Origin: Macrostomum lignano
Lineage: Eukaryota
NCBI GenBank assembly: GCA_002269645.1
Contig: NIVC01003164.1
Span: forward strand, 1-32,323
DNA: 32,323 nucleotides
Direction of reading: 5' to 3'
The notes beneath the pieces are model-generated. The model saw only the letters and a list, made by a program, of their open reading frames with translations, did not search any database and was not told where the DNA came from. A program made the translations under genes and the position numbers. Shown piece after piece: positions 11,821-22,215 of the stretch (position 1 is the stretch's first letter; each line of letters begins with the position of its first letter).

Positions 11821-13934
11821 GGGAGAGGCAAATTTAGAGAGAACAGAGAAAACATAATTGATATTGATGGAAGCTGCCATTCAGGCACTCGAGTGCAGTC
11901 ATTCGAGCAAATTTTAATGGATTTTGCGATTTTAATTTAATCAAAAAACTTCACTGCTGTCTAATCTTGACTTTTTATTCATTGAAGATAAATTCTGCAG
12001 CTGCTGTTTGCTGACTGCCAGCTTCACATGCAGCAATAAAACAAGTGATGATAAAAATTGAATTAAAAATCTGTCATCGCAGTCCCATTGTTAACCCGGC
12101 CTGGATTTCATTTCCCAATCTCAGTCAGGCATTCAGGCGCTGCCAAGTGAAGTGCATTGAGCGAGATGAGGATGCCAGATATTGGGTGTCGCTGACTGTG
12201 CTCAAGGTTCTGCACCGCCTGCTGATTTACGACGCGACTTCGACGACGAGCCTACAATATCGACGCTCTAGCTCTCCAAAGATCTGCATTAAAAAACTGG
12301 CGCTACCGGAGAGATTGAGAATGGATCGAGGGACTCGACGTCATCACGCCGATCAAGGTGGCCAACTGGGAGATCTGGACCCAGCGCTTTGCCACCCGTA
12401 TTGATTTTTTGTCAAGCGTCAGTCAGCATTAACTGTGCTGGGTAACTGCGTCTTCGGCGGCTGCGTGTGATGATGTGATAGCGGGCGTGGTCGCGCACTG
12501 ACGGTGGTAGAGAAGAACTGAGAGTTATGCTATGGCTCTTTATAAATATATTTTCCCGAAGGATAACTTTCTTTTCAAGAGTTTTTTATTTTGACGCAAA
12601 AATCACAATACAGAAAGAATTTGCATGTATTCGACATGCAGAAGCATCTGAAAAGCATGTGAATTAAAACAAAGTGACTTTGAAACCCTAAATTTGGAAG
12701 TTACTGTTGATTTTGAGAACAGGATAGGAAATGCTCTGAAATGATAGACTGAAGCTGTTCTGCTTTTGCTTTTAGGATGGCCTGCATGGGATAGCTCGGC
12801 TCCATGACCATTCCGCTGCTACATGTGACTGTGACCCTTTTTAAAGCGGATTCACTTACGTTCACTTGAGTTCACTAAGTAATGGAGAAATGGAGATGGA
12901 GTAACGAGGCATAGCGACAAGGTTAACAATAAACTGAAGGATTAGCACTATTACCTGATGACCCATGGGTTAAACCCTGTCTGGCCTCTTATAGATATAT
13001 TTTAGCAGGGCTACAATACTTTGTAGCTTTAGCAAATTAGGCAAATTGTAGTATTGTAGCTTAGCTACAAGCTAAAGCTACAATACTTTGAGTGAATGGG
13101 GTGACTCAGTCTCTTTTGGGAGGCTGGGAAATGTATGAGTTTTCCCTTAGTCTTTGACGGAATTAAATTTTCCATAACATAAGCAGAGCTTACCATTAGC
13201 CGTCAGAAAAGCAATAAGTTTTGCATGTGGCCATAGATTAAAAAACAGGGAAAAAGTGTTGTGCATAGGACAAGATATCAGGTACTTGTAGCTATTCATT
13301 GTCTACTCTTACATAAAAGAAAGGCTTTTGGGACTAACGAAAATTCCTCATCAATTGTGTCGCGATGAATAGCCCGGGTACAAAGCTGTCGAAAAAAAAG
13401 ATGGAAAAGACACGCATGGTGGGAAGGACCATTAGTAGTGTTAAAGTCTTAGTAGTCCTTTTCATGGTGAAGTCATCTGACTTTTTTTTACCATTCTGAT
13501 TGATTGTTCAAAGCAATTTCCGCAGCTGCATCACGAATACAGATAGAATTGCTGTATTTTTTCCTCTGGACTACGAACTCAAGTAAAAATATGAGAATAC
13601 GATGCATAATTTTGTATGCAAAACTAGCTTTGTAGTTTGTAACCAAGCTTTGGGAATGCAAGTTTGCAATGAGTAGAATTACTAAGAGGATTAGGATCAT
13701 TAAAAAATCTTTCACTCATTGAAGACAACTCGCCAAAATGTGTCTATTGCGAGTTGTTTCTGTTGAAGAGGAATTGCACAGGAGTACTTGTTGCTTGCCT
13801 ACATGTATTTCCATGCTTTGTTGTTGATTCGTCAGTAAACAGCATTTGTTGAATTAAAAACTTCTGCAAGAGCATTTGGAAAAAAGAGAAATTTGTTTCA
13901 AAAAAATATTTTCTTTCTAGATTAAAAAGCCCAC

Positions 13935-15960
13935 GAAGCTTTCTGTCGGCAGTTTCGGGAACTATGCATCACACTCACACATCTGGTAGAGCAGCTAGCA
14001 AATTCTGAAGCTTTCTGTCGGCAGTTTCGGGAACTATGCATCACACTCACACATCTGGTAGAGCAGCTAGCAAATTCTGAAGCTTTCTGTCGGCAGTTTC
14101 GGGAACTATGCATCACACTCACACATCTGGTAGAGCAGCTAGCAAATTCTGAAGCTTTCTGTCGGCAGTTTCGGGAACTATGCATCACACTCACACATCT
14201 GGTAGAGCAGCTAGCAAATTCTGAAGCTTTCTGTCGGCAGTTTCGGGAACTATGCATCACACTCACACATCTGGTAGAGCAGCTAGCAAATTCTGAAGCT
14301 TTCTGTCGGCAGTTTCGGGAACTATGCATCACACTCACACATCTGGTAGAGCAGCTAGCAAATTCTGAAGCTTTCTGTCGGCAGTTTCGGAAACTATGCA
14401 TCACACTCACACATCTGGTAGAGCAGCTAGCAAATTCCGAAGCTTTCTGTCGGCAGTTTCGGGAACTATGCATCACACTCACACATCTGGTAGAGCAGCT
14501 AGCAAATTCTGAAGCTTTCTGTCGGCAGTTTCGGGAACTATGCATCACACTCACACATCTGGTAGAGCAGCTAGCAAATTCTGAAGCTTTCTGTCGGCAG
14601 TTTCGGAAACTATGCATCACACTCACACATCTGGTAGAGCAGCTAGCAAATTCTGAAGCTTTCTGTCGGCAGTTTCGGGAACTATGCATCACACTCACAC
14701 ATCTGGTAGAGCAGCTAGCAAATTCTGAAGCTTTCTGTCGGCAGTTTCGGGAACTATGCATCACACTCACACATCTGGTAAAGCAGCTAGCAAATTCTGA
14801 AGCTTTCTGTCGGCAGTTTCGGGAACTATGCATCACACTCACACATCTGGTAGAGCAGCTAGCAAATTCTGAAGCTTTCTGTCGGCAGTTTCGGGAACTA
14901 TGCATCACACTCACACATCTGGTAGAGCAGCTAGCAAATTCTGAAGCTTTCTGTCGGCAGTTTCGGAAACTATGCATCACACTCACACATCTGGTAGAGC
15001 AGCTAGCAAATTCTGAAGCTTTCTGTCGGCAGTTTCGGGAACTATGCATCACACTCACACATCTGGTAAAGCAGCTAGCAAATTCTGAAGCTTTCTGTCG
15101 GCAGTTTCGGGAACTATGCATCACACTCACACATCTGGTAGAGCAGCTAGCAAATTCTGAAGCTTTCTGTCGGCAGTTTCGGGAACTATGCATCACACTC
15201 ACACATCTGGTAGAGCAGCTAGCAAATTCCGAAGCTTTCTGTCGGCAGTTTCGGGAACTATGCATCACACTCACACATCTGGTAGAGCAGCTAGCAAATT
15301 CTGAAGCTTTCTGTCGGCAGTTTCGGGAACTATGCATCACACTCACACATCTGGTAGAGCAGCTAGCAAATTCTGAAGCTTTCTGTCGGCAGTTTCGGGA
15401 ACTATGCATCACACTCACACATCTGGTAGAGCAGCTAGCAAATTCTGAAGCTTTCTGTCGGCAGTTTCGGGAACTATGCATCACACTCACACATCTGGTA
15501 GAGCAGCTAGCAAATTCCGAAGCTTTCTGTCGGCAGTTTCGGGAACTATGCATCACACTCACACATCTGGTAGAGCAGCTAGCAAATTCTGAAGCTTTCT
15601 GTCGGCAGTTTCGGGAACTATGCATCACACTCACACATCTGGTAGAGCAGCTAGCAAATTCTGAAGCTTTCTGTCGGCAGTTTCGGGAACTATGCATCAC
15701 ACTCACACATCTGGTAAAGCAGCTAGCAAATTCTGAAGCTTTCTGTCGGCAGTTTCGGGAACTATGCATCACACTCACACATCTGGTAAAGCAGCTAGCA
15801 AATTCTGAAGCTTTCTGTCGGCAGTTTCGGGAACTATGCATCACACTCACACATCTGGTAAAGCAGCTAGCAAATTCTGAAGCTTTTTTGTCGGCAGTTT
15901 CGGGAACTATGCATCACACTCACACATCTGGTAGAGCAGCTAGCAAATTCTGAAGCTTTC
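13935..15960. repeat. 72-bp satellite, 28 near-identical copies
   Basis: Unit GAAGCTTTCTGTCGGCAGTTTCGGGAACTATGCATCACACTCACACATCTGGTAGAGCAGCTAGCAAATTCT. From 13935 to 15952 is 28 x 72 + 1 nt, the extra T lying near 15885. Only three recurrent single-base variants occur. Confidence 0.99.
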
Positions 15961-16571
15961 GATCCTAAGCAGACATTGTCAGTGGTTCTTTTTTATTTTA
16001 AATGAAAGAGTGAATAAAAGCATACTCATATATTCGAGTTGAAAAATATACGCATTGAAACACTAAAAATTAATTCAATCATGGTATTTGCAGTTTTTCG
16101 ATGTGGTCAGCCCTAGGTGCTCTCATATATCTCCGAAATTTCATATTTCCGAAATTTCATATCTCCGAAATTTCATATGTCCGACAGCATCTTTTTCATA
16201 TTTCCCACACTTCATATCTCTGTTATAAGTGAATTTAAAGAAGCTTAACGTCACATTCTATTTTGATTTGCTCATTATTAGCGAGTTCGTTATTCAGAAA
16301 CTTGCTGATGTGAAACGAGTATTGCATGTAGTAATTGGGATAAACATTGGCTCAAAAAATCCTTAGAAGCTTAGGACGACAATCTTTGTCAAACATCAAA
16401 CTTGCATCAAACTGCGACTGCCATGTCCGACAGCGCTGACGATTTTAGCTCTTAGGGCAAGGTATCAGATGTAATAATCCGTAATTATGGTTCACTTTCA
16501 CCGTCTGTCAAATATCGTGAAGCGCCGTTTATTTAGGTGTTGTTTAGACAAAGCAGCTCTCGAGACTGGCC

Positions 16572-17608
16572 TTAGTTGGCGATCCAGACGTTGCTGAAGT
16601 TTCCACTCGCCGGGATGGCGGTGAACCGGCTGATCCGGCACAGCCTTCCGCTGCTGTTGAACCGGTAGGCCAGGCAGTCCCACTGAGCAGCCAGACGGCA
16701 GATGGTCGCGCACTGGATCAGATCAATAGCCGGCAGGCTCAGTTCGGCTACTCCTTTGAAGTTGGCATCGAGAACTAGCAGCGGGACGGTGGCGGCGGCG
16801 ACTCGGCGAAACCGACGGCAGTCGCTGAGCTGCAAGCCATCTATAGGGTTTTGGATGGCAAATTTCACTGTTGATTTGCTGAACCTGATGAGTCCTCATC
16901 AGTCCCTGATGAACGATTAAAGTCAAGTTCGGTTTCCTTGACTTTACATTCAAATGAATGCTGGGTGCAAACCAGATGACTTAATTAACATTTCTTTCCT
17001 AAACCGGAACGGAATCTGATGGTTGCGGACTCAGTCTAACATAAAATTCGAGCTCTAATTTACAACTATTTGCCTATTTTGACTGTGTTGTAGAATAGGA
17101 AATTAAGATTTATCATAGAGCATTTGTGCAGAAACTTCAACTGAACAAGAACTATGGTTCCCTGATTCGCACCTGCCCATTGGACTGTACCTGAGTACAC
17201 GTTCTCATAAACGGAGTTGCGGAATTGGCCACCACAGGTTTGAGACACATTGCCCATGCAGGCCATGTTGCACTCCAGCTCGCTTACTTTGCCAAGCGAA
17301 CCGAACTGCCAGTCGCAGCTGCACTCCTTGCTGTATTGCAGGGCAAAGTACCGGAAACCGCCGATGGCGCAGACCCGGCTGCACAGCTCCACCGTCAGAG
17401 ACGGGCTGGACAGAATTCCCTTCTCCGTGTGATTGATGCCGAATTGACCAAGTCTGGCAATTCCAACCAGACCTACGATGTCTCTATTTGGCATGGCCGC
17501 ATCCGCGTAGCAACCAACATAGCTGAGTGCGGCTACAGTTCGCTGGGCCAGCGACGGAGCGACTAGCAGAGCTGCAGCAACCGCGACAAGCTGCAGGCGA
17601 ATCGCCAT
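16572..17608 (-). CDS. WSC-PAN secreted protein paralog E (intact, most divergent, about 228 aa)
   Basis: Exon 1 is 17191..17608 (418 nt): signal peptide MAIRLQLVAVAAALLVAPSLA and an 8-Cys WSC domain (YVGCYAD..NRD..LTVELCSRVC..GGFRYFALQ..ECSC..ECNMACMG..TCGG..NSVY). The phase-1 intron is 16841..17190. Exon 2 is 16572..16840: RRFRRVAAATVPLLV..IQCATICRLAAQWDCLAYRFNSSGRLCRISRF..NVWIAN*. Confidence 0.9.
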
Positions 17609-18559
17609 CTTGGACTGTTTTGGAAAATCCTGCAGCAGTTGCGTCTGAGCAAAGACATGATAGAAAAATTGAAAGCTGCTTAACAAGCCGGCAGGATTAA
17701 CTCACCAGAAGGCAATTGGTCCACCGTCTCTCTTGCTTTGGATTGGAGGAAGGAAAATACTTGTAAAAACTGACTGCCGTTGTTCCAGCTTTCAAAAACT
17801 GACTGCAATGATTTCTGTTTGAGAGCACATGGAGAGTGCAAAAAATAAATAGCAGATCATGATTGAAACCTACTTCTACATTTAGCTTACTTTGCAAGAA
17901 GAAAAAATACTGAAATATCTAAAATATCGAACTACTGAAATATCGACAACTATATTCAGCAAAGAAAAAGTTCAACCAGAGAAAACCCGAGACGCGGGGG
18001 CGCCCGCATGCCTGTTTTTGTCTTCTCAGTGTAGAAAGCTTTGTATTTTCTACTTTGCAGGATTCAAATGGCATGTCTAGTCGATAAAAACCCCGTTTGA
18101 GATGAAGTAAAGCAAAGTCTTTAGGGGGGTTCTATTCGTGCAGTCCATGAGGTACTTAATTGATGGCTGCCTAAACTCCGACGCCATGAGGCTTTGGACG
18201 GGTGCCAAAACTAATTAGCCACTATAACTAACTCCGCAAGCATCGCGTACTTATCATCTGCAATAAGTTCCGTTTGAGAGCGATAACGTTTAAGTCTAAT
18301 TTATGTCAGCTTCACGCCAAAAGGGATGGAACAAGGGAAACATATATGTTAAATATCGAGATTCAAAAAAACTAATTCCCGGTTCAGATTAGCATTCCCG
18401 GTTGCCTGCACAGAGACTCTGAGTAATTTAGGCTTTTACGCTACAAGGATTTCAAACTATGCAGTGCCCTCTGTTGCCTGTAAACTCTGTCTTCTATCTA
18501 ACTACAGCTCGATCGCCTGAACCGAAAAATCTTATTTAAACTTCAGAGCCTTTGATTGG

Positions 18560-19334
18560 GAGGTAGCAGAGCAGCTCAGCGGGAAGCGCGTCGGACTCTT
18601 GCGTCACGACACCCTGGTTCGCCTTGCGTCACGACACCTGGTTCGTTTTGCGTCACGACACCTGGTTCGTCTTGCGTCACGACCCCCTGGTTCGCCTTGC
18701 GTCACGACCCCTGGTTTGTCTTGCGTCACGACCCCTGGTTTGTCTTGCGTCACGACCCCTGGTTTGTCTTGCGTCACGACCCCTGGTTCGTCTTGCGTCA
18801 CGACCCCCTGGTTCGCCTTGCGTCACGACCCCTGGTTTGTCTTGCGTCACGACCCCTGGTTCGTCTTGCGTCACGACCCCCTGGTTCGCCTTGCGTCACG
18901 ACCCCTGGTTCGTCTTGCGTCACGACCCCTGGTTCGTCTTGCGTCACGACACCTGGTTCGTCTTGCGTCACGACCCCTGGTTCGTCTTGCGTCACGACCC
19001 CTGGTTCGTCTTGCGTCACGACCCCTGGTTCGTCTTGCGTCACGACCCCTGGTTCGTCTTGCGTCACGACCCCTGGTTCGAATCCGTGCGCAAACACATT
19101 CATTTGGGGCTTGTGTAAATGCACATAGATTGGCACACCCATGGGACAACCCCTCAATGCAGAGAGTGTACATGCCTGACGATTAGACAGTCAGGACCGC
19201 AGTACACCCTGTGTGAGCGTGTGTACGAGTGCGTGCCTGCATACAGTATTGGTGCGCTTGTATGTCCCCAGGAGTCAGCGAAATGGGCAGAATTGCAAAT
19301 ATGTATAAGCATTGAATACACTATATAATACACA
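18560..19334 (+). mobile_element. tRNA-derived SINE with 16-bp TSD and an internally amplified tRNA head
   Basis: A-box-like CAGCTCAGCGG at 18572..18582 and a perfect B-box GGTTCGAATCC at 19075..19085. TCGGACTCTT resembles the tRNA-Lys(CTT) anticodon arm. An about 250-bp body ends in an AT-rich tail. Flanking direct repeats CAGAGCCTTTGATTGG (18544..18559) and CAGCGCCTTTCATTGG (19335..19350) match at 14/16. Confidence 0.8.
18598..19080. repeat. 24-bp (some 25-bp) CpG-rich minisatellite, 20 copies, inside the SINE head
   Basis: Unit CTTGCGTCACGACCCCTGGTTCGT; 20 occurrences of GCGTCACGAC counted. Confidence 0.97.
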
Positions 19335-21032
19335 CAGCGCCTTTCATTGGCAGAATATTTTAAGCTGCTAATGTCAGTAATATCGATACCAGCTCAGAAA
19401 TCCTACAACCCCAAGTTTGAGATCTTCGTCCTAATGGCGCCACCCAGCTAATAAAAGCCGTAGAGTATTGGGCTCGAAATAATTAAATTGTCATAAAGCT
19501 GAACAAAATTATAGTTTATTGGATTCAAAATGATCAGATCACCGCAAATAGAAGTGTTTTTATGTCAAAATATCAAAACACACGAATTCTATTGTATTTT
19601 TCTCATTAATAATATGACTGTAATTTTTGTACAAGCAAGCGTGGGTTTGCGAGAAAGAAAATCGAGTAAAAAAGCAACCCTAACCGGACTCAAAGAAATT
19701 TGGAAAAATGTTATGAAATATACAGCTAGCTAAATATCATTTATGAGAAATGCGAAAAATGAACGAAAAAATGAAGCATTGTTACATCACAATTGTATTT
19801 TGTCAGCCCTACTTTGCGAGCAGGAATAGGAGTTTCCGAGGGAGCTCGAGGCTTCCCAGTTCTGCCCAACAAGGAGTCATAATATACCATTGATATTTAT
19901 ATTATATATTATATTATATACCATTCATACTAGTGTTATAGTTAGCTGAGACTGTCTATGGTAAAATCCCATTTACTCCAATGCATTCAGTCGGTTTTAC
20001 GGCCCGCTGAAAACGTCTATGGCAAAGTCAGAAGAAAGCGGGGTCAAGGGGGTGCTGAGCACACCAGCACTCTATGCCAGCGAGTGTCGACCATAGACAG
20101 AAAATCTTCAGTCTCGCCAGTCTGATTTCCGTATCTATGACTAAATTGAAAGCTTGCAGTACCAACTAGGCCGCAAAATGGAATACTAAGCATTATTAAG
20201 CAGCACTAAGCTTTAATTTTAAAATATACAAGTTGTAGAAAGATTAACTAGATACTTATATGCATACGATTTTTTTACTTATTGAAGTCGGCCATAGATT
20301 ATTGCAGCGGGCGGGATGCCTTGCGTTTTACCGCGTTTCAGCACGCCTAGGCTAACTATAATTGTATTATTAGTAGGCTTTTTACCATAGATATTTGCCG
20401 CTGCTAGACGGGGTGCGGGGCAAGAGCGTCCGTTAGGGGGTTGGGGGCGAAGCCCCACATTCTAACCATAGACAATCGGGCACGCCTAAAGACTCACTGA
20501 CTTAAACTTTTAAATACTCAAAGCTTAAACAAATAGAAACAAAAATGGAGAAAAAATATGAGCTAGTATTTACACGCTTTACAGGATGAAGGTTAACTAC
20601 TTAAAGTAGCCGAAAGAGAACATGAGTATAAAAATAAAGATATATATATGCATATTTTTCGACCCGTAGAGTCTAATAATATTTAGACCCGTAGTTCTAG
20701 AGTGGTAGCACAAAATATAGCAGCGATGCGCATTCAGACTACTGCTGAAAAAACGTTTTTTATTGTATAAGAATTATCAATGGCTGCAAGGTGTGGCAAA
20801 TATTTTTTGGCTAATTGTGCCTGTCAGTTTCACAGTTATTGTTTTTGTACTCCGGGTATTAACACCAGCCGAAATAAGCAGTTATATCTATCATACTTGA
20901 GGCTGAAATTGCAGAATTGCAGACATAATTAGAAATCCAAATAGTAACTGTTAAGCTCTTAAATACATATATCAGACTGACACCTTTAAAGCCTTTAAAT
21001 GCGCACCACTCACCAAATTTAAGGCGTCAGTC

Positions 21033-22215
21033 TCAAGCTTTCCTATCATCAGAGTCCCAGCCATTATCTTTAATCAGGTGCGCCAGCTCGATAATGTATT
21101 TTCCCTCTTTGTAGCGCTGCGAGCTCTCAAAGGCGCGCTCGTATTTCCAGCCTAGTACGGTTCGACAGCCGTGACAGTAAATGTCCGCCACGCTGTGCAA
21201 GCCAGTGAGCAGCAGCCGCTCCTCCGCTGGACCAACAATCACGTTCACTACGCGATCGAATAGGTAGGCCCTGCCCTGGCTGCCCTGTGGGTCGGAGAGA
21301 TTGGCTGCTCTGACTAAACAGTGTCTGAATTTAATAGGCTAGCTCCTATACAAGGACTGTTGGAATGCTTAGTCAGGGAAGGAATTGAGGTGGCTGACTG
21401 GACTGGAGATGCGGGGAAGGGAAGGGAGTGGGGTGGCTGGCTGGACTGGAGATGCGGGGAAGGGAAGGGAGTGGGGTGGCTGGCTGGACTGGGGATGCAG
21501 GGAAGGGAAATGAGTGAGGTGGCTGGCTGGACTGGAGATGCGGGGAAGGGAAGGGAGTGGGGTGGCTGGCTGGACTGGAGATGCGGGGAAGGGAAGGGAG
21601 TGGGGTGGGTGGCTGGACTGGAGATGCAGGAAAGGGAAGGGAGTGAGGCGGCTTTCTGGACTGGAAATGCGGGGAAGGGAAGGGAGTGAGGTGGCTGGCT
21701 GGACTGGAGATGCGGGGAAGGGAAGGGAGTGGGGTGGCTGGCTGAACTGGAGATACGGGGGAGTGAGGTGGCTGGCTGGACTGGAGATGCGGGGAAGGGG
21801 AGTGGGGTGGCTGGCTGGACTGGAGATGCGGGGAAGGGGAGTGGGGTGGCTGGCTGGACTGGAGATGCGAGGAATGGAATGGAGTGGGGTGGCTAGCTGG
21901 ACTGGAGATGCTGGGAAGGGAAGGGAGTGGGGTGGCTGGTTTGGATGGAAAGATTTCATGTACCAGTGTCCACAAGTAAGCAAGCCCAACCAGCCACTAT
22001 GAAAGAGTTGCTAATAATTCAGCAAGCCTTACATGAAAACTCTTGCTAATTAGGTCAGCATGAGCAGCCAGGTGAGCTCGGCAGTGCATGCAGGCATAGG
22101 TGCGCTCGCAGTCGCCATTGGGTGACAACTGGTCAACACCACTGACACTGCTGCAGACTCGACCATTGCCACTGTTATTGCCAATGTCAAGATAAACTTG
22201 AAATGTCCTGCCCAT
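21033..22215 (-). CDS. YPEL: yippee-like zinc-binding protein (YPEL1-4 class), 144 aa, two exons
   Basis: Exon 1 is 22033..22215 ([33 protein letters not shown]). The phase-0 GT-AG intron is 21285..22032. Exon 2 is 21033..21284 ([76 protein letters not shown]). Both CxxC pairs are intact. Confidence 0.95.
21376..21939. repeat. about 43-bp G-rich minisatellite, about 13 copies, in the YPEL intron
   Basis: Unit GGCTGGCTGGACTGGAGATGCGGGGAAGGGAAGGGAGTGGGGT. It accounts for the low-complexity ORFs at 21321..22002. Confidence 0.95.

Noticed and set aside
12270-12340. SOCS-box-like reading (IKKLALPERL..EWI)
   Set aside because: It needs a frameshift and lacks the LxxLCR core. The other frame has a better codon signature.
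13922-15850. 642-aa Cys-rich repeat ORF on the minus strand as a real protein
   Set aside because: It is a by-product of a 72-bp unit divisible by three. It has no unique N- or C-terminus, its frame is broken by the extra T near 15885, and two of the three recurrent variants are nonsynonymous.
13935-15960. CRISPR-like array
   Set aside because: The units are contiguous and identical with no unique spacers, there are no cas genes, and the context is eukaryotic. The same applies to the other tandem arrays.
18572-19085. Functional tRNA gene
   Set aside because: There is no acceptor stem pairing, the anticodon arm is altered, and the sequence continues into a SINE body with TSDs.
18556-19186. 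Several 100-195 aa ORFs on both strands
   Set aside because: They are translations of the 24/25-bp minisatellite inside the SINE.
21321-22002. Pro/Ser-rich and Gly/Trp-rich ORFs
   Set aside because: They are translations of the 43-bp intronic minisatellite of YPEL.
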